From positions 310,001 through 374,000 of the forward strand of contig CDLV01000011.1 of assembly GCA_001244265.2 (NCBI GenBank): 64,000 nt of DNA. Reading direction: 5' to 3'. The stretch's first letter is position 1. The number at the start of each line of letters is the position of its first letter. This document shows, piece after piece, positions 8,591 through 22,706 of this stretch. The position numbers and the translations under genes were made by a program. The DNA comes from Microbotryum violaceum (Eukaryota). The notes below the pieces were generated by a model. It did no database searches. It worked only from the letters and a program-made list of their open reading frames with translations, and was not told the origin of the DNA.

Positions 8591-10708
8591 ATGGACGAAC
8601 CGACCACGATGGACGCGGCTTCGCTGTCCCACCTGTCCTCGCAGCTGCAGTCGCTCGGCTTCCTCTCTCGCCCGCTCGACGTCGCGTCCCTCTTCTCCGC
8701 CGCTGCGGCGACCCCGACGACCGCCAAAGGCGGCACGCACGACGACCCGGCCTCGATCCTGGCCCACCAGGCCACGATGCAGCAACAGTATCGCGCACGC
8801 GAACAGGTCCTGCGGTGTTTGTGGAGCTTGTTGACGGCGCGCAACGATGCCGCCGAGGGGCTCGAGGCCGTCTCGGCGAGGGAGCGCGTGCTCGCGTACG
8901 AGGTAGAGCGCACCAAGGCCATGTTGAAAAGGGAGCGAGAGGCCCGTGAAGCGAGTGAACGCGACAAGCAGAACGAAAAGGCCAAGGCACAGTCAGTTGT
9001 CTCTCTCTCCTCTGTCTCCGCCTCCGTCCGACCCGCTTCAACCCGCGAGCAATCCCCGGGGGTTGACGCTCCCACCTCCTTTGACTAGATCGGCGACCGC
9101 AGCCTTCACGACCGAACAGACCCGCCATCGACATGCTCGAGAAGAACTCGTCAGGGCGCGATCGGCGCTGCAGCTCGTCCGAACCCAGGCCCAGGTCAGC
9201 CAACGCACCCCCTTCACTGCTCGGCGGCGTCGCGCTAGATGCTCGACCAAATTTGACTCTCCTCGTCCCTGCCCTAATCATCCCCTACAGCTCGACCAGA
9301 AACGGCGCGACGCCACAGTGTCGACGATGATGGCCCGTCTGCAACGCCTGACCGCCGATCCCGCGCAGACCAAGTTTGTCATCGCCAACGCCAAGCTGGC
9401 CAACGTCAACTCCGTCGTGGCCTCGGCGGTCGCCGGTGGTCCTTCCGGCCGGATGGCCTCTTCGGCTCGGTCGGCCCCCCCGTCGTCTCGCGTCGAAGAT
9501 CGATCCTCGGAAGAGGTCGTGTATTGGCAGAGCGCGTTGGAGGACTGCGAATCGGAGCGGTCGAGGCTGGCGTTGGAGAACGAAAAGTTGCGCGAGCTCG
9601 TCGGCGAGGTCGCCGAATGGGCCGAGTTGATGCTCGACACGGACACCGTCAACAATAAAGAGGCGCGAGAGATTGGCGAGGGCTTCGCTGCCGACATCGT
9701 GGGTCACCATGGTGAGACAGCGCTCCTCTCGGACCAACACTGACCTCCCTGTCCGTTCCCTTTCCCTACCTGTTCCCGTTCCGTCCACAGTCGCTCTCGG
9801 TCCCTTCGCCTCACCTCGCCCTCACGGTCGCCGAACTCGCGACGCCGCTCCACAACAAGCTGTATCAGATCCGCTGCGGCGTCGCGGCGCTCGTGGCGGG
9901 CGTCGAGGATCGACTCGAGGCGGCGCGGACCGAACTCGCGAACCAACTCGAAAGGGAGCACGCGGAGCTGCAAGAGGCCAAAAAGGTCCAGGTCGACGTC
10001 GAGCACGAACTCGGTAGGATGACCATCTCACTAGAAACTGGGTGGACGGGGGACTGACTCCTCTAATCTTGCCCAGCTGCGGCCCGAGAGGCGATTGCGC
10101 AGTCGGACAAGCTGATGCAAGATTTCGCGGCCCGCCAGCTGTCGAGCGCTGCCGGCCCCGTGGTGGAGCTCAAAGAGTGAGCCGCAAGCTTCGAAAGCCC
10201 ACCTATGCAGCGACTTGCACTTACGATTCTCCTCTACTGCAGCGCCGTCGAGGAAGAAACCGCTCCCGTCGTCGTCTCGCCGCCGCGGAGAACCGCCGTA
10301 TCGCAAGCCGAGCCTGCCCCTCGACCGTCGATCGCCACGGTAAGTCGCCATGGCAGCGCATCCAGCTCGAGGGCGATTTGAAAAACTCACTCGATCAACT
10401 GTCTGAACGCTCAGGCGGACCGCTTCGAAGCCCAACGCGCCCAGGACGTCGCTACTTTCCTCAGCGACCTCGGTCTCGACTCCCCGGCGCCGACGGGAGC
10501 CCCTCTCGAGTCCCTGGCCGCCAAAGTCGCCAAGCTACAACGCGCACCCCTAGCTTCGACGCAGGCTACTACAGCAACTACGTCGACCAGCGCTTTGGCA
10601 TCGGATCGACTGCAAAAAGCTCTGGAGCGGACCCGGGTTGAGATGAGCCAGAACGGGCAGCGAAAGGAGAATACCAAGACGGCGTCGAGACCATCAAGAC
10701 AGTTCTGA
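8591..10708 (+). CDS. Coiled-coil protein, afadin/alpha-actinin-binding (ADIP/SSX2IP/Msd1-like); multi-exon
   Basis: N-terminal LSSQLQSLGFLSRPL..VLRCLWSLL followed by heptad-rich exons. Canonical introns (e.g. 8992-9088). Last exon ends RPSRQF-stop. Confidence 0.6.
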
Positions 10709-11084
10709 GCAGGGGGTGGAAAGGGTGGATCATCGTAGTTGGAACTTGTACATGTACCCTTGTAATGCCGACATGTTGTGAAAGCTTCACGTGTGTCCCC
10801 GCCGCGAGTCGCTCTTGGGGCTTTCCAAAAACCCGAGAAAACACTTGGGTCACTCAGGCGGCCCAAGCAGTTCGTTTGGTAGAATCTATCCCATTATGCA
10901 AGCACGACTAGAAAAAATACAACATCAATATTAATCATAATCAAACCGGCGCGACGCAAAAAACTTGGCTGCTAAATGCTAGTCTGCTAAATAAATCACT
11001 GCAACAAAGATGCCGACGGGTCCCGAAAAAACAACAACACAAGACCCCGACACAGAACCATGCCTCTACTCCCCTTCCTCCTCC

Positions 11085-12182
11085 TCACACCCTCCCATCA
11101 TTCCAAGTAGGCAATTGAGCGAAATAGGTGTCGTCCTCGTCGTCGTCCTCGTCGTCATTCTCGAGAATGGGTCGTCGGTCTTGCTCGAGTACGGCCTTGG
11201 CCTTCTCCCGCGCTTCGGCGACGGCTGCCTTGCGAGCAATGTTCGCGTTCTCGAGGGCGAGGAGCGTGAGCCAGCGACCATTGTCGACCTTGCGACGTGA
11301 AGCACGGGGCTTTTGGCGAGGGTGGGTGAGGGAGCGCAGGTCGACGAAGCGGGGGTCGGTGGCGGTCAGGTCTTCGCGCTTGGGCTGCTCGGGCTCCTCT
11401 TGCTCAATCTCGTCCCTGATGGTGGGGAGGAGCGCGACCCTGGAGGCGGTCTTGGTCTTGCGGGGGCGAGCGAGGGGGGAGCGAAGAGGGGGGGCAGAGA
11501 GGATGACGATCGTCTTTCTCGAGGCGCGAGTCGGCGTGCGGGGGAAGGGGATCGACGAGGCCGCGGGCGAGGTGAGGGTGACGGCAACGGTGGCGGCACT
11601 GCGAGAGTGCTTGATGAACGGCGTCGAGATCACGGGCCGGCGAGCAGTGGAGGAGGGGACCGAGGCCGGGGCGAAAAACGAGGTGAGGATGCTGGTGGTG
11701 GTGGGGGTGGTGGCAGTGATTTGATCACGCAAAGAGGTCTCGATGGGGTTGAGGTGGAAGGCGGCCCGACGACGATCAGAGCGGACGCCGGCGAGCGTGG
11801 ACGGCAGTCGAGGCGCACTTGCGACGCCGGGAGCCTGGACCGAGAGGGACGAGGCGTAACGCTTGCCAGAGGGACTGTGTGACGGCGATGAGGGCAGTTT
11901 GAAGGGACGATCAATACTCGAGCGGGTATAGGGCTGGTCCGGAATCGACATCAGCAGAGCAAAGACTCACGATCTCGTAGCATTCGAGCTCAGCAAAGTG
12001 GCGTCGTTCACCGACGGAACCGAAGCGGATGCTGGGGACGAGCGACTTGCGGAGAGGGATTCCAAAGGTGCGTCACCAAATAGACAAACATACAAGCTGC
12101 TCGAAAACCGCTTGGTCACGAGGGTGGGCACTCGAGGGAGGGGGGCGACGAGCGCAGCCAAGTGGGACAGGAATCGGGGCAT
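11085..12182 (-). CDS. Hypothetical low-complexity Ser/Pro/Thr-rich protein (2 exons)
   Basis: ATG at 12182 downstream of a CATAAATA element. Short GTGAGT..CAG intron at 11934-11970. Long ORF 11085-11951. Confidence 0.45.
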
Positions 12183-13065
12183 GGTAGCAAAAGGCAGCGT
12201 GTGGGCTGGTAAAATGCAGAGTGTAGGGTGCTGAAACGACTGGGTAGTGCTGGCAACTTTAGAGGGGGCAACCAAGTGGTGGAAAGGAAGGAAAGAGAGT
12301 CAAGAAGCTCGGGGTCCGCTATTTATGCTGGTCCCCTCAGCGCGAGATGACGAGCGCGAGAGCGAGGACTCCAGGTGTGACGCGCGACGTCAAGCCATCT
12401 CGGCGGCACGCTAACTTTTTCACCCCGCATAAGTTGCCAGTGCATGCACTGCACCCTGCAAGCATGACGCGATGCACGAGCTGCAGCAGCTCCCACAGCC
12501 TCACGCGTTGAGGTCTATGGCACATGAACATCATCACGTTGTACTTCTACCCACCTATTGGAAAAGAACAACTTCAAAAATCCGTCGCACACAGCTTGGG
12601 TGAATTTGCGGCGACTGGAGGCCGGAACGCGTGCGCGCGTCGACGTGTCGAGACGGGTGTCGCGACTGAGACATTGAGCTTAAAGTGCTAGCCGCGGCTG
12701 CTCCCAATCCATTTCATCACCTCCACAATATCGAACTCTGACCCAGTCCTCATACGGGAGATGGCTGGTCTTGAAAAACCTCATTCCAAGTACCAGCCAC
12801 TCGGTACACGAGTTCGGGCTTTCGGACGTTTTTTTCCTCTCGCTGACGGCGGCGGGCGGAGCCCGGGCTCAAGTCACCTTGAGCGAAGCCCACCTCAAGT
12901 CAGCGGGAGGCCTCGTCCCTAAGCGCGGCCGAGCAAGGCTCCAGGCCTCGCTCCCCTGTACGGGCTCGAGCTGAGCAGTCGCCAATTCGTGATGGTCCTT
13001 GCATCGAGTACTTTCTCTCCAATGTTGTCATTGTTGGTAAGAGCAAGCATAGAGACGTGGTACGA

Positions 13066-15688
13066 TCAATCCTGCAACAATGCCGCGACAATATGTGCGA
13101 CGCGCAGAGACCTTAGGTCCGAGTAGGTCTGGCCCGTCCCGACGAACAGGATCGGCTGGCCCGTCACGTAGGTCATGGAGAGCGCGGCCCCAACCTGAAC
13201 GAAGCATGCAGATTCGTAGCAGTGTCAGTGAAGCGAGTCTGAGGGTCACCGAGATTTGAACCGACCTTGTTGTCAATGGTGTCGAATCTACGTGCGAAGG
13301 AAAGCCGAATGCCAAGATCAGCTCGTGGTCAATGCCTGACGGCGCCACGTCCTGTTGCTCACTTGGTCAGAATCATCCCATCAATCCCTCGTGCATTCTT
13401 GACGCCCGAAAAGTCCCTCAACGAGCGATTGAACTTGGTCAATTGATCCACGGCTTCGTTGCCGACGAGCGCTTCGCCGACAAAGACGATCTTGTCGGGA
13501 TTGTTGACCATCACGAGCTGTGGAAAGACGAGCTCTACGTTAGTACAAGGAGGGGGGGAAGGACCCGACCAAACTTCAACCGCACCTTTGCCAACGCGCG
13601 CATTAATGGTTCATTGTCTTGCATCCTTCCGGCCGTGTCGATCAAGACGACGTCAAACGCATTCTCCTTGGCTGCGAATCGGCGCGCCCGGCCAGAGAAG
13701 GGTTAGCTTCCCACCCTAACGAGAGGAAGCGGAAAAATCGCAAAGGCCTCACCGAACGCAATGGCTTCCTTGGCGATCCCTGATGCGTCCTTCCCGTACC
13801 CCTTCTCGTACAGCTCAATCATCTTGACCCCGTCCTGCACGATCCCGACCCCGCCCAACTCCTCTCCGAGCTGGCCCAGGTTCCTGACGTGGGTGCGTAG
13901 CTGCTCGACCGCACCGGAACGAAAAGTATCACAGGCCGCGATGAGCACGCGTAGTTTGTTTTGCAACAGCCAAAAGGCGACCTTGGACAGGTTTGTTGAT
14001 TTGCCGACGCCGTTGACGCCAACAAAGGTGATGGAATAGGGGTCCGGGTTGGACGCGCCGCCGTTCTTGGGGGACGAAGAAAGCGTCAAAGACGTTGCCG
14101 TCGTTCTCTTCCGTGTAATGTCGAGCAAGAGGTCGGCCGACGTTTTGGCCGTCAGAATCTTGGTGAGGGACTGCTGCAGCGCGTGACGGACCTCCTTCTT
14201 GACGCCGCCAAAGCCCGAGACCCTTTTGCCTTCGAGCGATTTGCCGACGCTCTCGCACACCTTGTCGGCGATGTCCTTGGCTACATTTTTGGACATGAGG
14301 TGTTCGCGCATCGAGACGAGCGCGGGCGCCAGGTCCGAGGCGGACAGGGCCTTGGGCTGGAGCGAGAGGCGGCCAAAGAAGGCGGAGAGCGTCGAGGTCG
14401 CAGTCGTCGTGGGTGCAACCTCGTCGTCGTCGTCGGACGAGTCGCGCGCGGTGGCATAGTCGGCGACCTCGTAGAGGCCTGATTGGGTGCGTTTCCCGAG
14501 CGCGGTCGAGGAGATGAGCGACTTGTTGAGCGGGGTCGATGTGCCGGACGACGGGGCGTCCGAGGAATAGTCGTAAGCAGCCAAGTCGGCGGCAGAGACC
14601 TTCGAGGCGCTCCATTTTGTCGCCGCCTTTTTGGTCGGTGTTCGTGAAGGGCTGTCGAGACTGCTCAAAAAATCATTCCGCGCAGTCAGACGCGTGGAGC
14701 TTGGCTGCGAACCGTGGAGGAATCGCACGGAGACTTGCTCGGACGCCGGCTCAGCCTCGGCTGCTTTCTTGCCCCCCCTGCCTCCTTTTGCTCCCGCTTT
14801 CTGCCGTGCTCTCAACGCCGCAATATTTCGTGCTATCGACTCGGCATCGAGCGAGTCCCCGGTGGCTGCGGAACGATCACCGCGATCAGAATCACAGTAA
14901 AGATGGGTGATTCGGCCGGAAGATTTGCCAAAGCTCACATTTTGCACTCGGCTCCGGAGCCTTTGCACCGGTCAAAGACTCGGGGTGCTTTTCCCGAACC
15001 GCTGCGAAGGGTGCGGAGGGTCGTGGTGTTCTTTTTGTCTGTATACGAGCCACATACGAGGAGGTCAGTAGAGGAGCACAGGCTGGGAAGACGAAACCCG
15101 TGAGTGGGGTCGCCCCTCGCCGTCACGCGCACGAACCTTGGCAGCGCTCTGCTCTTGTTCCCTCAACAACCTCATGAATGTCGCGTGCCAGCCTGCGAAC
15201 AAGCTCTCCCACCCCTCGGGTCCGAATTCCAAAGGTTTTTGTCGCTTCCCCTTGGACGCTTGCTGTATCGCGTCGATCTTGTCTTCGTACTGGCGGACAA
15301 AGACGCGCTTGACTTGGACCAACAAGTCCTGGACGTAGGTCAGTTGCAGGATCCTTTGGTACGCGATGACGAACACGAGGTCGAACTGGTTGTCAAAGCT
15401 CCACAAGAGCGTATACGCGCCCTTGTCGCAGGTCGAGAGGCCGTGGTCGCCTGCGGAGGTGATTTCGTTCGAACGTTGTTCGATCAAGACGGAGCGAATG
15501 AGGTCGTCGATCGGCGAGGGAGACGGAGTGAAAGCGTGACCATAGAGGACTAGTCCACCTCGTGTTCTAATCGCGGTAGAGGTTGTGCGTGCAAAACGTC
15601 AGCCACGAATGTGGTGGAGGGGGCAGCGAGTGGAGGTAGGGCTCGGGCTCGACCTTGGCACTCACAGGATCGAGACATGGTCCAGCAT
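13066..15688 (-). CDS. SRP101: Signal recognition particle receptor alpha subunit
   Basis: N-terminal SRX domain ([16 protein letters not shown]), GTPase motifs [31 protein letters not shown], and C-terminal [16 protein letters not shown]. Confidence 0.95.
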
Positions 15689-15999
15689 GTTCAAAAGTCA
15701 GCCCAGCAGGTGGGTAGAATTTACAGTGGTCAGATGAAGATGAGCAACCAGAATGGCCGTCAAGCGTGGTCGGGAGACGAGGTCCGAAGCGGCGTAGAGA
15801 ACAAAACGGGGTTTGCTACTCAATTCGGCATTAGTAAAGAGGTGGGTGTATGCGCTCAAATCACTCGTCGGCCGTGGCTGAGCGCGTGGCGATGACGCCG
15901 ATTCGCTTTGGCCTCCTCTGAGCCACCCGTCTGCGCAGCCCGACCGCTGGTCCATCGGTCCATCGTCAACGCACAGTCCCACTACCGTTTGTGGTCCAC

Positions 16000-17490
16000 A
16001 TGGTCAGTCAATTCCCATGGATTCCATCTCCCGGCCGGAGCTCACTTTGCAGTCAGCGAACCTGGACAGAGCTTCCAAGACCTCGAACGCGGACTCGGCG
16101 AACGCGCCCCACTCGCCCGGGACGTCGACATTTCACCAGGTTGGTACATGACCTGAAGTGAAATGAAAGCAGCGAGAATCGGAAACGGTCCACTGACCTA
16201 GACTTCGCTCTATACCGATGCAGAGGCGGATCTACGGTTCAAGGCGCTATCACGGCAAGTGTCGATGCAGATCCACAAGATCAACGCCAATGTTTCGGCC
16301 ATCAACAAGCTCGTAGAACTATTGGGCACACCCAAGGATACACCTGATCTACGGCACAAATTGTCAGTCCGCGCGCAAAAGGCTGTATGCCGCTCTGACC
16401 GGCGGGAGCGGGGGAGGGGGGGGGGCCTTTCCGGTCGGCAGATCAGCTGACCTCCTTCGTCACCCAATCTCCTTGCTGGCGACTCGCAGACACAACCTGA
16501 CCGATGCGACGAGGGAGATTCTCAAAGATTCGAACGCAGAAGTCAAACATTTTGCAAACTCGGACCTCGCACCCACCGACGTACGTTTCTCTCCAGGGCC
16601 AAATGACCACCGACCCCTCGACCTCGACCTCAACCTCGATCCCCGCCTTTGCTGATCCCAAACCGCCTGCTTTCCCCACAGCGACAGCATCGATACGAAC
16701 AGCAGAAGGTATCCGGTGACTTTCAAAAGGCGTTGGTGTCGTTCCAGGCGGCTTCGAAACGGAGTGCAGAAAAGCAGAGATTGTTCGTCGAGAGGGCCAA
16801 GGTAGCCATCAACGATGCCACAACACCAACATCCGACGGGGCACGGCAACTGAGCTCGGCGTCACAGTGAGTCTTTCCATTGTGCTCAATATGCATGCAG
16901 TGTCCAGCACACAGCTGACGATGCAATCACTATGTGTAGCCGCGGCGATTTTGCCGCGACCTCGGACCCGTTACTCGAGCTCGACGAGAACCCGACAGGG
17001 GGGCAACAACAACAACAACAACAGCTGGTTGAGGGGATCCCGGACACGGAAGTCGAATTCCAGGAACAGTTGATACAAGAGCGGGAGGAAGAGATCGAGC
17101 AGATCGAACAGGGGATCACCGAGTTGAATCAGATCTTCCGTGATTTGGGTCAGATCGTCGGGGAGCAGCAGTCGATGATAGGTGAGCGCAGGTGCGAACA
17201 TGTTCTTCCACGTTCAGAAGCTGACCAGGATGGTTTAATCCGTAGACAACATTGAAACGAACGTTAGATCGGTCGCGAGTGATACTCGAGGCGCCTCGAC
17301 CGAGTTGACGCAGGCGCACGCGTACCAACGCCGCGCCGGGCGACGTATGTTTTGTCTGTTGCTCACGTTCTTGCTTGTGCTCTCGATCGTACTGTTGGCA
17401 GTAAGTCCAAACAAGTCTAATCGTGACGGGAGGTCTCTGAGAGTCGCTAGTAGCTGATCCGCTTCGCAATTCTCTCAGATCTTATCGTAG
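16000..17490 (+). CDS. PEP12: Endosomal/vacuolar syntaxin (Pep12/Vam3/STX7-like t-SNARE)
   Basis: Habc region LGTPKDTPDLR, SNARE motif FQEQLIQEREEEIEQIEQGITELNQIFRDLG and a C-terminal TM helix. The first coding exon appears to be ATG only. Confidence 0.85.
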
Positions 17491-18142
17491 AAAGTTCTTC
17501 TCGTCTTTGTGTCTGCGCTTAGTTTCCCACGTCGTGCCCTCCATTCGTTTCTCACCGACCCTGTAGTTCTATATTTTGCTCTTCCGCGTAATTCATATTA
17601 CCTTTTTGGGTCTTGTACTATACCCACGTTTCCAGAGAGTGCCACGAGGGTTCCGATATTCACAGTAGGCTTTGATTACCGAGCCCCTATCCCGGGTTCG
17701 CGCATTGTCAAGAGTTCTGGAGCTTTCCATTATTACTTTTATTCGGAGTCTGATCAAAGGTATATTCTTTCAGTAACCAGAGCGTAGCAGGAGAAAATGG
17801 CCCAGCTCAGTGTTCAACCCATCCCACCTCCAAACAGTCTTCAGTTTCTGGCACGGGCACCCCACCCGAACTCCGCACGACGACTCGCTCGACCTGCAGT
17901 GGGGGGCTTCGCAGCGCCGACCTCACTCATTCCCCCAATCTCAAATACTCATCGCCGCCATCGGACGTCTTAACCCGGGACCCGTCGCATTACTTTTTTC
18001 AAGCAGAGGCAAAGGAATTTCAACTGGCAAAACGCCTGTGGACTTCAAGCTACAAGTACTATCTAGCTTTTCCCCACACCCCCGCGCCGAAACGGGCTTC
18101 GCACGAATACCTTTAGATCGAGACACGGGACCAGCCAGGACG

Positions 18143-20200
18143 ATGTCGGACCCTTCCACCAATGGTGGTAATAAGCGGGATGCACCTACGAATAGTACCG
18201 GCGACGGAGGGGCAGGAAATGATGGCAACGGTTCGAAGCGAGCTAGGACGGATGGCGACGGACGAGGAGGGAAGGGTGGTGGTCAAGGTGGAGGCCGTGG
18301 GGGGCGTGGCCGAGGTGGCCGAGGTGGTGGAGGTCGCGGGGGTGGCCGAGGTGGCAAAGCAGGCACTTATAGAGGCAGACGACCGGGGGATGATAATCGA
18401 TCCTGGGGAGGTCGCAATACTGGTGCAGCGGTGGGCAAGATGAGGTCGTGGGGGCCCAAGGAAGGTACGGGGGAGGAGAAAGCCGATCGGAACGAGGAGA
18501 ACAAGGAACGGTTGCCCAAGAAGAAGGTCGCCGTCTTCTTTGGCTACAACGGGCAGGGCTACAAGGGCAGTCAAATGTGAGTTCCTGAGGGAGAACAAAG
18601 GGAAAATGTTGCCGAGGTGGATGAAAGGTGCTGACGACGAAAGTTTTGAACCGACCCCAGCAACCCCGGAGAAGCGACGACCGAAGGCGAGCTCTGGCAA
18701 GCCTTCATCAAAGCCGGCTGCGTCAGCGCCGACAACGCCGACGACTATCGCAAAGTATCCTTGCAACGTGCAGCGCGTACAGATGCCGGTGTCCACGCCG
18801 CCGTCAACATCATCACCTTGAAACTCATCCTCGCCCCCGCGGACAAACCCGAGGAGCAACGCGTCGAGGACTGGATCAACTCGTTATTGCCCCCCACAAT
18901 CAGGGTGTGGAATATTGTCAGGGTCCAGGCCGGGTTCGAGCCGCGAAAAGTGTGCGACCAGAGAAACTACGAGTACTCGATGCCGACGCACGTGTTTTTG
19001 GGGCCGAAGCCGAGTTCCAACTTGGGCAAATGGCTCGAGCAGAACCGGGAAGAGTTCCTAAAGACGGAAGCGGAGGCGGTCGAGGGATCGGTGGAAAGGA
19101 CGTTGCCTGCTTGCGTACAAGCGGCCAAGACAGCTACGGCGGACTTTTGGGCCACGCAATCGTCCGAAAACAAATTCCTCGAGGACGTCGCTGCGAAAAA
19201 GACGTGGCGAATCACACCCGAATTGCTCAACGCCGCGCGCGCCTTCATCAAGGCCTACGAGGGATCGCACAACTTTCACAACTATACGGTCGCCTCGACG
19301 ACGGATAAGTCCGAGCCGAGGGACACGGGAGGTAAGAGGGCCAAGAAGGGAGGGCCGCAGGATGTCGCTTCAATGAGGGTGCTCAGGTCGCTATCGGTGA
19401 GTTTTCCCGCGCTGTCGGGAGGGTGCCACGATTGCTAAAACTTGTCTGATTCGTAGATCTCGGATCCGTTCATCGTCAATGGCGTCGAATACGTCTCGGT
19501 CGATCTGCTCGGCCAATCCTTCATGTTGCATCAGATTGTGAGCTCCCCATCACAGTCTTGCCCACCCGCGGAAAGTTATGATTTCTCAACACGCCTCTCT
19601 CTCTCGTAGCGTAAAATGATTGGCCTGCTCATTCTCGCCGTTCGATCGGGTGCGCCACCTTCCCTCATCGCCTCGACCTTTACCCCTCAGCGCATCCACA
19701 TCCCCAAAGCCCCGGCCTTGGGCCTGCTCCTCCTCGAACCGCAGTACCTCGAGTACAATAAGCGCATCCTCGAACACAACGTCAAGATCAACGCGCTCGA
19801 TAAACTCGACGAGGCGCAGAAAACCGCGCAGCGGAGGGAACAGATCGGCGTCGTCGAACAAACGGACCAGGTCAACGCGTTCAAAAGGGACGAGATTTAC
19901 AAGGTCATGTGGGAGGTCGAGGAGAAGGAGGGTGTGTTTGCCAAGTGGGTGAATTATGTCGATGTGTTTGAAGGGAGGGATTTCGCGTACCTCAATCCCG
20001 AGGGCACGGTCCCGGAATGTGCGGTCTACAAACCGGGCGAACGAAGCGATCAGCCGAGGCGGAGAGCGAGGAAACAAGTCGTCGAAAACGGCGAAGGGGC
20101 TGAAGACGCTTTAGAGCAGGCCAAGGGCGAGGGCGAGGAGGATGTGCAGCCGCCCAGCGATGACGAGAGGGCTGACGGGGAGGATGGGGGCGACGAATAG
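18143..20200 (+). CDS. PUS1: tRNA pseudouridine synthase 1 (TruA family)
   Basis: PKKKVAVFFGYNGQGYKGSQ, RAARTDAGVHAA, YEGSHNFHNYT, GQSFMLHQI and PKAPALGL motifs. Confidence 0.93.
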
Positions 20201-20265
20201 GCGCGATGATTTCGGAGTCTCGCAGCATTCCACATAGATCTATTGCAAGTCATCAGCGGCATAAT

Positions 20266-22325
20266 TTACAACTTTGGAGAACTACAAGGGAGCCAACAGA
20301 GACTCGAGAACTAATCAGCCCCGAGCGCAGCACATTGAGACGCAAAGGTCGGGCAGACGTACGTAATAGGGTTTGGTCGGTTTGATCGGGACGGGCTCGA
20401 CTTCCCCCGATAGTCGACGCTCAGTGGCCAGCGAAATCATGTCCAACTTGTTCCTGTGTACTCAAAAGACCTGAAGATCAGGACTGGACCGTCTCGCAAT
20501 TCTTCTGAGGGCATGACCTACATCCGGCCTCGGTTGGTGCTTCGGAGCTTGAGCTCCATCCTGAATGAGTACTTCCGACTCGTTTCCTCGACGCTGGGGT
20601 CGATCAACTCCCACAGGTCGACGTGATCGCCCCTCAACTCCCATCGCCCAAACGTCAAACCCTTGACGCGGAGCGCAGGGTTGAGAATCCGGACGACGGT
20701 CGCCGGCGGATCGACGGTCAGCAACGACACGACGAGCCCGTTAGGGTAAAACCTCAGGTAGCGATAAAAGGTGATAAGATGGGTCGGGGAGTACCAGGAC
20801 GAGTTCTCACCTCGTCGGAGGTAGGTGACGACGCTGATGAAGGCGCCATCGAAGCGGATGCAAGGATGCTCGATAAAACACCTGCGCCAGTCCATGCCGT
20901 GCTGCGCGACGATCTGATTCGCCTCCTCCTGCGTTTGGTAAGGGGCAACATAGACGCGACGACATAGGTCGCGCCATAGACCCGCATCCAGGGTCAAGAT
21001 GCGCGCCAGGCGACAGGTGCGCGCGAACCGTTCCAAGGCTTCGACGTCGGTCGTCCAGGGTCGGTGCAGATGGGTATAGGGGACGTCAAAGGCGACTTCG
21101 AGGTTGCGGGTGTGCTCCGCCAGGGTAAACTTGCGAGGTCCTTTTTTGCGTGTGGCTAATTTGGCTGGGTCCTCACTGTTGACGGGGTTATGTTGTGCCG
21201 GAGGGATGACCGACGAGAGTACGAGGTGGTGTAGGACAAGCAGCAAGACTTCGCGGGGTAGGGAGCCGAGCGGAGATGGGGCCTCGGGGTCATCGGGATG
21301 GAAGGCGATACGTTCGAGGGCGACGTCGATCTCGCTTTCCGTGAGCTTGGCGTGTACGTGCTCCACCTTGTCGGGATCGTAGGCGTTCTCCGCAAAGGAT
21401 CGAGCGAGCGAGTCGTACAGAAAGGCCGTCGAGGACGGATGGAGGTCGTGGGGGTGTGAGGCGCCAGTCTGAGCGGTGCGGAATTCTCGATCGGCAGAGT
21501 AGTCCGGGGCAATTTGGATGGTACGCTCGAAGTTGAACTCGGCGGGGCTGTTGGGACCTACGTTGTTCGTTGATGTAGATGATCGGGATTCTTGGGTTGC
21601 GCGTGAGGTGAGCCGATGGTACGTGCGATCGATCTCGGCGTCGATTTTGAACGCAGCTCGATAATTGACCAACGCTGCAATACGCGAACGCAGTAGACCA
21701 GGTCAGGACACCAACAACTACAGTGTCTCTCGGAAACTGCATCGCTCTCACCATCGTTCAACCTTCCCTCCCGTTCGCACACGACGGCTACATCGTACAG
21801 CTCTATCGCGGTCGCTGGCTTGGGTTTTGGCTTGGGCAAGTGGGCGGTGACGTCGCCGTCGGTGGTGGCGGAGAGGTCGCGCAGCTCCAAGTGGTGCATA
21901 CATTGAGTGAGACTCGTCGCCGACGTGGAAGGTGCGAGGGCGACGTGGGGCCGCCTCGGGGGTGAGCGTTGTAGCGAGGGTGATCGTGGTTGCGCACCGT
22001 GGTCGTGGTCGACTGTCGATGACGACACTTGGGACACTTGGGACGATGCTGAACCAGCCTTCTTCAGCCCAGAAGATGGTTCAGCTTTCCCCTTGGACGG
22101 CTGGCTATGGTCATCGTGTTCAGCCTGCTGCTGTTGTTGTTCTAGCTTGAGCTGGGATTCATGCAGCCACTCGCGTCGAAAATGGTCCAGCTCTTGCACC
22201 AGATCCGGATCGAGATCCGGATCATCGACCGCCGCGATGGCCGACTTGGACGTTGAAGTTGCTGGTGATTTGCGCGAGGGAGAGCTCGCATCGGGCTTGA
22301 ATGTGTTTGTGACATCGCGGGCCAT
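20266..22325 (-). CDS. HRT3: F-box protein Hrt3/FBXO9/Pof7-like (3' end approximate)
   Basis: ELDHFRREW, AIELYDVAV..EREGRLN, F-box LGSLPREVL, and IRFDGAFIS..HLITFYRYLRFYPNG. Confidence 0.85.
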
Positions 22326-22506
22326 CAAAGCCAGAGAGGCGGAACGAGTACTGAATGCGCAAGTGAGGTTGCAGTGAGGAGATTGCGCTTAGCACTGCAC
22401 GCAGCAAACTCTACTGCGTTCCGATGCCCCTTATTAGGCACTCTGAAGCCCGCACCCATCCCATCGGCTCGGCCCGGCCGCCGTCGACTGGTCGCTTGTC
22501 CACGTC

Positions 22507-22556
22507 CCACTCTGACCCACTCTGACCCACTCTGACCCACTCTGACCCACTCTGAC
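22507..22556 (+). repeat. 10-bp tandem repeat (CCACTCTGAC)x5
   Basis: Directly visible; lies between divergently transcribed genes. Confidence 0.9.
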
Positions 22557-22706
22557 TCACTGACTACTCAGCCAACTCTCTCTCCGTCTCTTTCTCCCGC
22601 CTCCTGCCCATCCAGCACTAGTTGACTGTTCACCAGAGTCCTACCTGCTACCCACCGTCCCGTCCCGTCCCACCCACCCACTCTCCATCACCCACCATCC
22701 GCCACC

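Noticed and set aside
22507-22556. CRISPR-like array
   Set aside because: Contiguous 10-mers without spacers in a eukaryotic genome; a simple minisatellite.
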